NCBI GenBank assembly: GCA_964291675.2
Contig: OZ219866.1
Span: 2,944,001-3,008,000 of the forward strand
Direction: 5' to 3'
DNA from: Alphaproteobacteria bacterium
GTDB lineage: Bacteria; Pseudomonadota; Alphaproteobacteria; MPNO01
Length of the DNA: 64,000 bases
Shown: in pieces, positions 11,225-21,333 of the stretch
Layout of the letters: every line of letters begins with the position of its first letter
How positions within the stretch are numbered: position 1 is the stretch's first letter
Position numbers and translations under genes: made by a program
Notes under the pieces: model-generated
Seen by the model: only the letters and a program-made list of their open reading frames with translations
What the model was told of the DNA's origin: nothing
Database searches by the model: none

Positions 11225-12475
11225 ATGCGGGTCGAGGCCGTCAGATCCGACATCCCCCAGCCTCTCGCCAACTACACCGAGGCGTTTTGCGCCGGCGGGC
11301 TGATCTTCGCGGCGGGCCAGCTTCCCACCGATTTCACGACCGGAATACCGCCCGAGGCGCGGACCGATCCGGCGTTTCCCTATTACGGGTCCGACATCAA
11401 GAAACGCACCCGGTACGTGCTGAACAACCTCGTCCGGACCTTCGAGGCGGCGGGCTCCTCGCTCGACCATGTCGTCAAGGCGCAGGTGTTCCTCGAAGAC
11501 CTCAACGATTTCAACGCTTTCGACGAGGTCTGGAAGGAATATTTCAGGACCCCGCCGGCACGCACCACGGTCGGCACCAGCGGCCTGCTGGTCCGGGACG
11601 CGATGATCGAGATCGACCTGATCGGCTATGTGCCCGGCGAGCTCGACTGTACCGCGGTGACGTCCGATGTGCCCCAGCCGCTCGCCAGCTACACCGAGGC
11701 GTTCCGGGTCGGCGGGCTGGTCTTCGCCGCCGGCCAGCTTCCCACCGATTTCACCACCGGAATCCCGGCCGAGGCGCGGACCGACCCGGCGTTTCCCTAT
11801 TACGGCTCCGACATCAAGAGGCGCACCCGCTACGTGCTCGGGAACCTGGCCCGGACCTTCGAGGCGGCGGGCTCCTCGCTCGATCGCGTGGTCAAGGCGC
11901 AGGTCTTCCTGGAGGATCTCCACGAGTTCGATGCCTTCGACGAGGTCTGGAAGGAGTATTTCGATTCGCCGCCGGCGCGGACGACGGTCGGCACGACGGG
12001 TTTGCTGGTCAAGGATTCGATGATCGAGATCGACCTGATCGGCTACGTTCCCGGCGCGCTCGAATGCACCGCGATCCGGTCCGACAGCCCGCAGCCGCTC
12101 GCCAACTACACCGAGGCGTACCGGCTGGGCGATTACGTCTTCGCCGCGGGCCAGGTGCCGAGCGACTTCGTCGCCGGAATTCCGGCCGAGGCCAGGGTCG
12201 ATCCGGCCTTTCCCTATTACGGTTCCAACATCAAGAAGCGCACCCGCTATGTCCTGGACAATCTGGCGCGCACCTTCGCCGCCGCGGGGAGCTCGCTCGA
12301 CGATGTCGTCAAGGCTCAGATCTTCCTGGAAGACCTCAACGATTTCAACGCCTTCGATGAGGTCTGGAAGGAATATTTCGACATCCCGCCGGCGCGGACC
12401 ACGGTCGGCACCACGGGTCTTCTGGTCCCCGACGCGCTGATCGAGATCGATCTGATCGGGGCGGTTCGAGGCTGA
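11225..12475 (+). CDS. Triple tandem RidA/YjgF-domain protein
   Basis: Three 139-aa units at an exact 417-bp period, each with AGQ, LDxVVKAQxFLED, PPARTTVG and IEIDLIG. Confidence 0.92.
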   Translation: MRVEAVRSDIPQPLANYTEAFCAGGLIFAAGQLPTDFTTGIPPEARTDPAFPYYGSDIKKRTRYVLNNLVRTFEAAGSSLDHVVKAQVFLEDLNDFNAFDEVWKEYFRTPPARTTVGTSGLLVRDAMIEIDLIGYVPGELDCTAVTSDVPQPLASYTEAFRVGGLVFAAGQLPTDFTTGIPAEARTDPAFPYYGSDIKRRTRYVLGNLARTFEAAGSSLDRVVKAQVFLEDLHEFDAFDEVWKEYFDSPPARTTVGTTGLLVKDSMIEIDLIGYVPGALECTAIRSDSPQPLANYTEAYRLGDYVFAAGQVPSDFVAGIPAEARVDPAFPYYGSNIKKRTRYVLDNLARTFAAAGSSLDDVVKAQIFLEDLNDFNAFDEVWKEYFDIPPARTTVGTTGLLVPDALIEIDLIGAVRG

Positions 12476-12484
12476 GGAGCGCAG

Positions 12485-12781
12485 ATGGCCAAGTTCCTGA
12501 TACTCGCGCGGCCCAGGAAGCCGCTGCCGCAAAAGGCCAATGTCGACGGCGCCCGGGCCCAGTGGCGGGCGCTGCGCGACGAGGGCAGGGCGGAGGTGTT
12601 CGAGATCGTCGAGGACAACGGCGCCGGGTTCGCGGTGTTCCTCGACGTCGAAGACCATGACGAGCTGATGGCCGTGCTGTTCCGCAACCCGGGCGGCAGC
12701 TGGGGTTCCTACGAGGTCTACCCGCTCGGTACGCTGGAAGGCGAGACCCGGGCGATGCGCGAGGCGGGGATCATCGGCTAG
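12485..12781 (+). CDS. Small protein, probable muconolactone isomerase-like (DUF3303-like) fold
   Basis: RBS gaggag; MAKFL...GFAVFLDVEDHDEL...YEVYPL pattern; fold is inferred. Confidence 0.6.
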   Translation: MAKFLILARPRKPLPQKANVDGARAQWRALRDEGRAEVFEIVEDNGAGFAVFLDVEDHDELMAVLFRNPGGSWGSYEVYPLGTLEGETRAMREAGIIG

Positions 12782-12796
12782 CGGCGGGAGAAGGAC

Positions 12797-13051
12797 ATGG
12801 CGAAGTTTCTCATCATCAACCGGCCGCCGCCGCACCGCACCAAGGACGCGCCGGTCGGCCAATGCGTCAACCATTTCGTGTCGCTCGGCGAGAGCAACCG
12901 GGCGAGCGTCTACCCGATCGCCGGGCTCAAGGGCTATGCCACGCTGGTCGACGTGGACGACCACGAATCGCTGCGCGACGTGGTCGCGGGCAACGCGATG
13001 GGCAATATCGAGGAATACCGGATCATCGCGCTCGCCGATCTCCGCGACTGA
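12797..13051 (+). CDS. Small protein, paralog of the preceding ORF
   Basis: MAKFL...GYATLVDVDDHESL...YRIIAL aligns with the upstream ORF; RBS aagga. Confidence 0.6.
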   Translation: MAKFLIINRPPPHRTKDAPVGQCVNHFVSLGESNRASVYPIAGLKGYATLVDVDDHESLRDVVAGNAMGNIEEYRIIALADLRD

Positions 13052-13161
13052 CCCGGGCCCGAAGGCGGCGTCGAACGGTCGGACCGCCGGCACGGTACCC
13101 GGTCATGGACTAAATCGCCCACCGCGCGTATAGATGCGGTCCGGGATTTGGGGCCGGGTAC

Positions 13162-14364
13162 ATGTTCCTGAGAACGAGGCGCCTGTGGACGCCTGTCGGG
13201 ATTGCGCTGGCGCTGACCGCCTGCGCCGCGGCCGCCGCCGACGCCGCCACTCTCGTCATGGGCGCTCGAATCGGCCCCGACAAGGCCAAGACGCGGTTCG
13301 TGCTCGATCTCAGCGCGCAGGTGAAATTCGCCGTATTCACCCTCGACAAGCCGTACCGCGTGGTCATCGACCTGCCGCCGGTGACATGGCGGCTCGACCC
13401 GCTGAGGGCGCCCAGAGGCGGGCTGGTCCAGGCGTTCCGCTACGGACATTTCAGCGACACGATCTCGCGCGTGGTGCTCGACGTCTCGCGGCCGGTGGCG
13501 GTCGAGAGCGCGTTCCTGCTGCCCCCCAGGGGCAACCGCGCATATCGGCTGGTGGTGGATCTGCGCGCGGTGAGCGCGACCCGATTCGCCAAGCGCGCAT
13601 CGCCGGGCCGCGCGGCGAAGCCGCCGGCGGAAACCGAACCCGTCCCGCTTCCCAAACGCCGCATCGCGCGCAGCGTCAAGACGGTCGCCGTCGACCCCGG
13701 CCATGGCGGGGTCGATCCCGGCGCGATCGGGGTGCGCGGCACGCGCGAGAAGCGGGTGACGCTGGCCCACGCCGTGGCGGTGGCGAGGAAGCTGCGCGCG
13801 ACGGGGCGTTACCGCGTGGTGATGACCCGCGCGCGCGACGTGTTCGTGCCGCTGCGCCGGCGGGTGGCGACGGCGCGCCGCCACGCCGCGGATCTGTTCA
13901 TCTCGCTGCACGCCGATTCGATTCCGGGAAAGAAGGTGCGCGGCGCCTCGGTCTACACGCTCTCCGAACGCGCCTCCGACAAGGAGGCGGCGGCGCTCGC
14001 CGCCAGGGAGAACAAGGCGGACCTGATCGCCGGGATAGACCTCACCGAGCAGACCTCGGAGGTCGCCAGCTTTCTCATCGATCTCGCGCAACGCCAGACG
14101 ATGAACGATTCGGCGATCTTCGCGCGCATCCTCACGCGCGAGATCGGCAAGGTCCGCCCCCTGCTTCGCAACACCCACCGATTCGCGGGTTTCGCGGTTC
14201 TCAAGGCACCCGACGTTCCCTCGGTTCTGGTCGAGCTCGGCTACCTGTCCCACCGGTCCGAGGAGCGCAGCCTCAACCGGGCGCGCGACCGCGAGCGCGT
14301 CGCCGCCGCGATCGTCCGCGCCATCGACAGCTATTTTGCCCGCGAACAGGCCTTCAAACGGTAG
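13162..14364 (+). CDS. amiC: N-acetylmuramoyl-L-alanine amidase (AMIN + Amidase_3)
   Basis: DPGHGGVDPGA, FISLHAD, SVLVELGYLS; N-terminal RVVIDL/RVVLD AMIN motifs. Confidence 0.92.
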   Translation: MFLRTRRLWTPVGIALALTACAAAAADAATLVMGARIGPDKAKTRFVLDLSAQVKFAVFTLDKPYRVVIDLPPVTWRLDPLRAPRGGLVQAFRYGHFSDTISRVVLDVSRPVAVESAFLLPPRGNRAYRLVVDLRAVSATRFAKRASPGRAAKPPAETEPVPLPKRRIARSVKTVAVDPGHGGVDPGAIGVRGTREKRVTLAHAVAVARKLRATGRYRVVMTRARDVFVPLRRRVATARRHAADLFISLHADSIPGKKVRGASVYTLSERASDKEAAALAARENKADLIAGIDLTEQTSEVASFLIDLAQRQTMNDSAIFARILTREIGKVRPLLRNTHRFAGFAVLKAPDVPSVLVELGYLSHRSEERSLNRARDRERVAAAIVRAIDSYFAREQAFKR

Positions 14365-14448
14365 GATCCCTTCCCATATCTCATTGACCGGCCACCCTCG
14401 GCCCCGATCCCCGTGCGGGCGGGAACGGCCCGGTGACTTGCGGTCGAC

Positions 14449-16872
14449 ATGCGTGTTCTGAAGACGATCGGCGTACTGGCTGCGGTATTCGTCGTCGTCG
14501 GGCTTCTCGCCGGCGGCGGTGCCGTCTGGCTGCTCTACTCCTATAGCCGCGGCTTGCCGGACTACGCCCAGCTCGCCGATTACGAGCCGCCCATGGTGAG
14601 CCGAATCCATGCCGGAGACGGCAGGCTGCTCGCCGAGTTCGCGACCGAGAAACGGGTCTTCGTCCCGGTCTCGGCCATGCCCCGCCGGGTGATCGACGCC
14701 TTCGTCTCGGCCGAGGACAAGACGTTCTTCGAGCATTCCGGGATCGACCCGCCCGGGATCGCGGTCGCCCTGATCAGGAACCTGATGCGGCTCGGCACCG
14801 ACCGGCGGCCGGTCGGCGCGTCGACCATCACCCAGCAGGTGACCAAGAATTTCCTGCTGACCGACGCCGTCTCCTACCGGCGCAAAATCCGCGAGATCCT
14901 TCTCGCCTTCCGGATCGAGCGCGCGCTGTCGAAGGAGCGCATTCTCGAGCTGTACCTCAACCAGATCTATCTCGGGCTCGGCTCCTATGGCGTCGCCGCC
15001 GCCGCCATCAACTACTTCAACAAGTCGCTCGACGAGCTGACCGTCGCCGAGGCCGCCTTCCTCGCCGGCCTGCCCAAGGCGCCCAACAACTACAACCCCG
15101 AACGCCGCCCCAGGGCCGCGCGCGCGAGGCGGGATTACGTGATCGGCCGGATGTTGAGCGACGGACGTATCGACGAGGCCCAGGCGACGCTCGCCCGGTC
15201 GCGACCGGTGACGCTCACGCCGCCCGACGAGGTGCTGGTCGCCAAGGCCGAATACTTCGTCGAGGAGGTGCGCCGCGAGCTCGCCGCGCGGTTCGGGACG
15301 ACGCAGCTCTATGGCGGCGGCCTGTCGGTGCGGACCACGCTCGATCCCGGCTTGCAGGCGGCCGCCGACCGGTCGTTGCGCGGCGGCCTGCTCGCCTACG
15401 ACCGGCGGCATGGCTGGCGCGGTCCGGTGGCCCGGATCGACCCGGATCTGCCGATCGCCGCCCAGCTCGGGCAGCACCGCATCGCCGGCATGCCGGAGGG
15501 CTGGCGATTGGCCGTGGTCGACCGGGTGGACGAAACCGCCGCCGCCATTCGCCTGGTGTCGGGAGAGCACGGGACGATTGCGCTCGACCGGCTGCGCTGG
15601 GCACGCGAGCGGCTGGAGGATCAAAGGCTGGGCCCCGCGGTCGAACGGGTTTCCGACGTGCTCGCGCCCGGCGATGTCGTCAGCGTCGAGCCCGTGGCCG
15701 CCGCCGAGGGCGAGCCGGAGGGCGTGGGCTACGCGCTCCGCCAGATCCCCGACATCGACGGGGCGCTGGTCGCGCTCGACCCCCATACCGGCCGCGTGCT
15801 GGCGCTCACCGGCGGGTTCAGCTACGCGGCCAGCCAGTTCAACCGCGCCACCCAGGCCAGGCGCCAGCCCGGCTCGGCCTTCAAGCCCTTCGTCTACCTC
15901 GCCGCCCTGGACCACGGCTTCACCCCCTCCAGCCTGGTGCTCGACGCCCCCTTCGTCATCGATCAGGGGCCGGGGATGGGCAAGTGGAAGCCGGCCAACT
16001 ACACCAAGCGCTTCTACGGCCCCAGCCCGATGCGGATCGGCATGGAGAAATCCCGCAACCTGATGACCGTCCGCGTGGCGCAGCGCATCGGCATGGAGGC
16101 GGTGGCGCGCTACGCCGAACGGCTCGGCGTGGTCGACCGGCTGCCGCGGATCCTGTCGATGTCGCTCGGCGCGGGCGAGACCACCCTGCTGCGCCTGACC
16201 GCCGCCTACGCCATGCTGGTCAATGGCGGAAACAGGATCGTGCCGACCTTCCTCGACCGCATCCAGGACCGCAACGGCAAGACCGTGTTCCGGCACGACC
16301 GGCGCGAGTGCCCCGGCTGCACCGGCGTTGCCTGGACCGGCCAGGCCGAGCCCGACCTGCCGGATGCGCGCGAACGGGTCGCCGACGGGGGGAGCGCCTA
16401 TCAGGTGGTCTCGATGCTGGAAGGCGTCGTCCAGCGCGGTACCGGGCGGCGGGTCCGGGCGGTGGGCAAGCCGATCGCCGGCAAGACCGGCACCACCAAT
16501 GACAGCCGCGATGCCTGGTTCGTCGGCTTCTCGCCCGATCTCGCGGTCGGCGTCTTCGTCGGCTTCGACGCGCCCAAATCCCTCGGCCGAAACGAGACTG
16601 GCTCGTCGGCGGCGGCGCCCATATTCCGCGATTTCATGCAGGCCGCGCTCGAGGACAAGCCGGCGACGCCGTTCCGCATCCCGCCCGGGATTCGCCTGGT
16701 CCGGGTGGACGCGGCGACCGGGCTGGTCGCGCGCGGGCCGGGCAGGGGGGTGATCCTCGAAGCGTTCAAGCCGGGCACCGAACCCGCCGCCCCTCAGCCC
16801 GTCGTCGGAGGCGCCGCGGCGCCGGCGGCGGAGGACCCGGCTACACCGAAGCGTCGCCGCGACCTATATTAG
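14449..16872 (+). CDS. mrcA: Penicillin-binding protein 1A
   Basis: EDKTFFEHSG and GASTITQQ (transglycosylase); GSAFK, SRN and KTGT (transpeptidase). Confidence 0.95.
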   Translation: MRVLKTIGVLAAVFVVVGLLAGGGAVWLLYSYSRGLPDYAQLADYEPPMVSRIHAGDGRLLAEFATEKRVFVPVSAMPRRVIDAFVSAEDKTFFEHSGIDPPGIAVALIRNLMRLGTDRRPVGASTITQQVTKNFLLTDAVSYRRKIREILLAFRIERALSKERILELYLNQIYLGLGSYGVAAAAINYFNKSLDELTVAEAAFLAGLPKAPNNYNPERRPRAARARRDYVIGRMLSDGRIDEAQATLARSRPVTLTPPDEVLVAKAEYFVEEVRRELAARFGTTQLYGGGLSVRTTLDPGLQAAADRSLRGGLLAYDRRHGWRGPVARIDPDLPIAAQLGQHRIAGMPEGWRLAVVDRVDETAAAIRLVSGEHGTIALDRLRWARERLEDQRLGPAVERVSDVLAPGDVVSVEPVAAAEGEPEGVGYALRQIPDIDGALVALDPHTGRVLALTGGFSYAASQFNRATQARRQPGSAFKPFVYLAALDHGFTPSSLVLDAPFVIDQGPGMGKWKPANYTKRFYGPSPMRIGMEKSRNLMTVRVAQRIGMEAVARYAERLGVVDRLPRILSMSLGAGETTLLRLTAAYAMLVNGGNRIVPTFLDRIQDRNGKTVFRHDRRECPGCTGVAWTGQAEPDLPDARERVADGGSAYQVVSMLEGVVQRGTGRRVRAVGKPIAGKTGTTNDSRDAWFVGFSPDLAVGVFVGFDAPKSLGRNETGSSAAAPIFRDFMQAALEDKPATPFRIPPGIRLVRVDAATGLVARGPGRGVILEAFKPGTEPAAPQPVVGGAAAPAAEDPATPKRRRDLY

Positions 16873-16914
16873 CCGCGCCCGCCACGTCAGCGAGAAACCC
16901 CGGAGCGGTCCGAC

Positions 16915-18028
16915 ATGCGCGCGGAAATCGAGTCCGTCCTCGGCGAGATCGAGCAGTCGCTTGCGCTGCTGAGGAGGCATCTTTGACCCCGAGAGATCCG
17001 AGGCCCGGCTGGCGGCGCTGAACGCGCTGGTCGAGGACCCGGCGTTCTGGAACGATCCCGAGCGCGCGCGCGACGTGATGCGCGAGCGCACGCGGCTCGA
17101 CGGCGCGCTCGCCGCCTGGCGGGCGCTCGACCGCGAAATGCGGGACAACCGCGACCTCGTCGAGCTCGGCGAGGCCGAGGACGACGGCGAGGTCGTCGCC
17201 GAGGCCGAGGCCGCCCTGGTCGCGCTGCGCGACCGCGCGGCGCGGATGGAGACCGAGAGCCTGCTCTCCGGCGAAGCCGACGGCAATGACAGCTTCGTCG
17301 AGATCCATGCCGGCGCCGGCGGCACCGAGTCGCAGGACTGGGCGGAGATGCTGGCGCGGATGTACGCGCGCTGGGCCGAAGCGCATGGCTATGCCGTCGA
17401 GATGCTGGAGGAGAGCCCGGGCGAGGAGGCCGGCTTCAAGTCGGTCACCATGCGCGTCAAGGGGGAGAACGCCTATGGCTGGCTCAAGACCGAGAGCGGG
17501 GTTCACCGCCTGGTCCGCATCTCGCCCTTCGACGCCAGTTCGCGGCGGCATACCAGCTTCGCCTCGGTCTGGGCCTATCCGGTGATCGACGACGACATCG
17601 CGATCGAGATCGAGGACAAGGACATCCGCATCGACACCTACCGCGCCTCGGGCGCCGGCGGGCAGCACGTCAACCGGACCGACAGCGCGGTCAGGATCAC
17701 CCATCTGCCCACCAATATCGTCGTCCAGTGTCAGAACGACCGCTCGCAGCACCGCAACCGGGCGGCCGCCTTCGCGATGCTGCGCGCCCGGCTCTACGAG
17801 CAGGAATTGCAGAGGCGCGAGGCCGAGGCCCAGGCCGAGCACGCCGCCAAGAGCGAGATCGGCTGGGGGCACCAGATCCGCTCCTACGTGCTGCAGCCCT
17901 ACCAGATGGTGAAGGACCTGCGCACCAATATCGAGAAGGGGAACCCCCAGGCGGTGCTCGACGGCGATCTCGACGCCTTCATGGCCGCCGCGCTCGCCGC
18001 CAGGCTCGGCGCGCGCCCGTCGGGTTAG
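16915..18028 (+). CDS. prfB: Peptide chain release factor 2 (programmed +1 frameshift)
   Basis: ATG at 16915 gives 23 codons ending CTT TGA C (16981-16987); the +1 frame carries SPF and GGQ motifs. Confidence 0.97.
16972..16987 (+). promoter_or_regulatory. prfB autoregulatory frameshift site
   Basis: AGGAGG internal Shine-Dalgarno 3 nt before CTTTGAC. Confidence 0.95.
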
Positions 18029-18127
18029 CGTCCCGCTTCGGCAGCGTCTCTCCATCGCCATCGCGCCCCGCCCGTCATGGCCGGCCCCCGCAACGAGTCC
18101 GGGGGCGTTCCGGCCCTCCGCAGCGCC

Positions 18128-19192
18128 TCACAGACCCCCGATCACCTCGGCCCATTCGTCGAGCGTCTCCTCGTGGCCGAAGCGGATGTGGCAGGAGAAC
18201 TGGGTGAAGCCGGCCGCTGCCAGCGCGCGGATCGCCTCGCGGAGCTGCGACTTCGTTCCCGTGATCGTCGCATTGCGGATCAGCTCGCCGGTGATCAGCG
18301 GCGCCTCGTCCGGGCGCAGGAACAGGAGATGGCCGCGATGCAAAGTGAGGTAGCGCGCATCCTCCGGCGTGTAGCCCCGGTAGAGCGTGCGGTAGCGCTC
18401 CAGCAGCGGGGCGAGGGGGGCGGGGAGGTCGAGCCGGATCGTCCCGAATCGCTCCTGCTCGACCAGGTTGTGCAGCACCACCGCGGCGGCCGGCCCGGCC
18501 AGCGCCTTCGCGCGTTCGCTGTCGAACGCCTCGCCCTCGGCCAGCACGCAGCCGCCGGTGATCGCCGTCGCGTAGAGCCCGGCCGGGTCGCGCCCCGCCT
18601 CGCGCATGGCGTCCCGCATGTCCGCGGCATCGGCGGCCGCGCGATCGAGATTGCCCACCGCCGACATCCAGCCCGCCCCGATCCGCGCCGTCAGCCGCCG
18701 CCCCTTGGGGCCGAACGCCGAGACATGGAAGCGGACCGGGTCGTCGATATTGATCAGCCCGTGCTCGGGGTTGAGGAAGCGTATCCGGCTGGTCCCCTCC
18801 GCGTCGCTCCACGCCACCGTGTCGCCGTCGAGCAGGCCCTTCACGACCTCGATGTATTGCGCCATCTCGGCCAGCGGCACCGCGCCGCGGCCCATCGTGC
18901 GGCGCGCGGTAAACCCGGTGGATATGCCGAAATCGATGCGCCCCGGCGCCAGCTTGTTGAGCGAGGCGAGCGCGTTGGCGGTCACCGGCGCGATCCGGTT
19001 CGACGGCACCGCGACCGCGCTGCCGAGCCGGATCCGCGAGGTCTCCATGGCCGCGGCCGCCATGGCGACGAACACGTCGGCGTTGAGCAGCTGGGTGTCG
19101 GAGAACCAGGCATAGTCGAAGCCGAGCGCCTCGGCCCGCCTGGCCGTCTTCCAGTGCTCCGCCGCGGTCGCGAAGCTGACCCCGAAATCCAT
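18128..19192 (-). CDS. LLM-class flavin-dependent oxidoreductase
   Basis: AEALGFDYAWFSD, TSRIRLG, APGRIDFGI, SAFGPK luciferase-like pattern. Confidence 0.88.
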   Translation of the reverse strand: MDFGVSFATAAEHWKTARRAEALGFDYAWFSDTQLLNADVFVAMAAAAMETSRIRLGSAVAVPSNRIAPVTANALASLNKLAPGRIDFGISTGFTARRTMGRGAVPLAEMAQYIEVVKGLLDGDTVAWSDAEGTSRIRFLNPEHGLINIDDPVRFHVSAFGPKGRRLTARIGAGWMSAVGNLDRAAADAADMRDAMREAGRDPAGLYATAITGGCVLAEGEAFDSERAKALAGPAAAVVLHNLVEQERFGTIRLDLPAPLAPLLERYRTLYRGYTPEDARYLTLHRGHLLFLRPDEAPLITGELIRNATITGTKSQLREAIRALAAAGFTQFSCHIRFGHEETLDEWAEVIGGL

Positions 19193-19324
19193 CGCCCGAT
19201 CCCGTCGGTTGCGCGCCGCATAGTGGGCGGTCCCGGGCGCTCCCCGTCAACCCGGCCGGGACCGGCTTGACAGCCCGCCCGCCATCGACAAAGAGAGCGC
19301 GGGACCCCAGCCGGGAGACATCGA

Positions 19325-19756
19325 TTGGGACGCTGGCACGAGACCCACCGCGCGGTCGTCCACCCTTGGTATTGCGACCAGTTCGGGCATATGAACGTCC
19401 GCCATTACTGCAATTTCTTCGACGATGCCGGGTTCCATATCTGGAGCCATATCGGCTGTCCGCACAGCGAGATGAAGGCGCGCGGGGTGATGCTGGTGGT
19501 CGCCCGCAACACCCTCAACTTCATCCACGAGATGAAGGCCGGCGAGCTGCTGCGCATCGAGACCGCCTTCATCCGCGTGGGCCGCAAGAGCTGCACCCAT
19601 CTCAACCGGATGTACAACGTCGACGACGGCACGCTGACCGCGACGCTCGAATCGGTCGAGGTGTTCTTCGATCCCGCGACCCGGACCTCCGCGCCCATGC
19701 CGGAGGACATAAGGGCGTTGCTGACCGAGGCCCTGGTGCCGCTCGAGGACGGGTAG
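19325..19756 (+). CDS. 4HBT-like acyl-CoA thioesterase
   Basis: VHPWYCDQFGHMNV hot-dog fold motif; TTG start uncertain. Confidence 0.85.
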   Translation: MGRWHETHRAVVHPWYCDQFGHMNVRHYCNFFDDAGFHIWSHIGCPHSEMKARGVMLVVARNTLNFIHEMKAGELLRIETAFIRVGRKSCTHLNRMYNVDDGTLTATLESVEVFFDPATRTSAPMPEDIRALLTEALVPLEDG

Positions 19757-19833
19757 CGACGCATCGCGCGGTTTGTAACCGCCGTGCCGAACCGATAGCC
19801 TCGCCCGGACCCGCCCCAACCGATCGGAACGTC

Positions 19834-20853
19834 ATGTCAGGGATCGAGCGCGCCAACGGGCACCGGCCGGACGGTGTTCTCGACATCGTCCATCCCGCGC
19901 TGATGGGCGCCTCCCGCCCCGACCCCGCCGAGCTCGCCTACGACCTCGATCCCGTGCTGGGCGCGGTCTTCCGGCTGCGCGCCGAGGTCCCGGCGAGCGC
20001 CTTCACGGCGACCATCCTGGGCACCGAGCGCGAGGGCAACGGCGTGCTGATCGGCGCCGACGGGCTGGTGCTGACGATCGGCTATCTGATCACCGAGGCC
20101 GACCGGATCGCGCTCACCGACGTCGACGGGCGGACCGTGTCCGCTTCTCCGGTCGGCTACGACCACGAGACCGGGTTCGGGCTGGTGCGGGCCGACGAGG
20201 CGCTCGATGCCGCCCCGGTGGCGATCGGCCGCTCCGGCGTGGTGTCGGCGAAGGACCCGGTGGTCATCGCCTCGTTCGGCGGCATCAAGCACGCGATCGA
20301 GGGCGAGGTGGCGGTCGTGCGCGAGTTCGCCGGGTCCTGGGAATACATGCTCGACGAGGCGATCTGCACGGTTCCCGTCCACCCCTATTGGGGCGGCGCC
20401 GCGCTGATCGACCGGTCGGGGGCGCTGGTCGGCTGCGGGTCGCTCTATGTCGAACACTCGCTCGACGGCGGCGAGACGGTGCCGGGCAACCTGTTCGTGC
20501 CGATCGACCTGCTGGCGCCGATCCGGGACGATTTGGTGAGCACCGGGCGGGCGCGGCGCGCCGGGCGCCCCTGGCTCGGCGTCTATGTCAACGAATCCGA
20601 CGACCGGCTGGTGGTGACCGGGGTCGCCGCCAACGGACCCGGCGACCAGTGCGGCGTGCAGCCGGGCGATGCGATCCTCTCGGTCGAGGGCGTCGCGGCG
20701 TCCGGCCTGGCGCATTACTACCGGACGGTCTGGGCCGCCGGGGAGCCGGGGGCGGAGATCCGCCTGACCGTGCTCAGGGACGACGACGTGCTGTCGATCC
20801 GGGTGCGCTCGGGCGACCGCTACAGCTATCTCAAGCTGCCGCGCCCGCACTGA
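19834..20853 (+). CDS. S1C/HtrA-like trypsin-fold + PDZ protein, probably non-catalytic
   Basis: GNGVLI, LTIGYLI, GYDHETGFGLV, RPWLG PDZ start; canonical His and Ser motifs absent. Confidence 0.82.
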   Translation: MSGIERANGHRPDGVLDIVHPALMGASRPDPAELAYDLDPVLGAVFRLRAEVPASAFTATILGTEREGNGVLIGADGLVLTIGYLITEADRIALTDVDGRTVSASPVGYDHETGFGLVRADEALDAAPVAIGRSGVVSAKDPVVIASFGGIKHAIEGEVAVVREFAGSWEYMLDEAICTVPVHPYWGGAALIDRSGALVGCGSLYVEHSLDGGETVPGNLFVPIDLLAPIRDDLVSTGRARRAGRPWLGVYVNESDDRLVVTGVAANGPGDQCGVQPGDAILSVEGVAASGLAHYYRTVWAAGEPGAEIRLTVLRDDDVLSIRVRSGDRYSYLKLPRPH

Positions 20854-20868
20854 GCGGCCGCACCGGGA

Positions 20869-21333
20869 TCAGAGCGACCCGACGGCTTCGAGCACGGCGT
20901 CGACATGGCCGTTGACGCGGACCTTGCGCCAGATGCGGCGGATCGCGCCGGTCTCGTCGATCAGGAAGGTCGCGCGCTCGATCCCCATGAAGCTGCGCCC
21001 GTACATGGATTTCTCGACCCAGGTGCCGTAGGCCTCGCACACGCTGCCGTCGAGGTCGGCGGCCAGCGTAAACGGCAAATCGTGCTTCGCCTTGAACCGG
21101 TCGTGCCTGGCGACGCTGTCCTTCGACACGCCCACGACCACGGCATCGAGACCGGTAAAGTCCGGGAGCGAATCGCGGAAGGCGCAGGCCTCCCTGGTGC
21201 ATCCCGGCGTGTCGTCCTTCGGATAGAAGTAGAGCACGATTTTGCGGCCCGCGAGGCCGGCGAGCGACACGGTTCCGCCGCCGTCGGTCGCCATCTCGAA
21301 ATCGGGTGCGCGCTGTCCAACCTCCAGCGTCAT
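20869..21333 (-). CDS. bcp: Peroxiredoxin Bcp
   Basis: LYFYPKDDTPGCTREAC. Confidence 0.95.
   Translation of the reverse strand: MTLEVGQRAPDFEMATDGGGTVSLAGLAGRKIVLYFYPKDDTPGCTREACAFRDSLPDFTGLDAVVVGVSKDSVARHDRFKAKHDLPFTLAADLDGSVCEAYGTWVEKSMYGRSFMGIERATFLIDETGAIRRIWRKVRVNGHVDAVLEAVGSL

Noticed and set aside
16915-16990. Apparent prfB pseudogene
   Set aside because: Canonical programmed +1 frameshift; well known.
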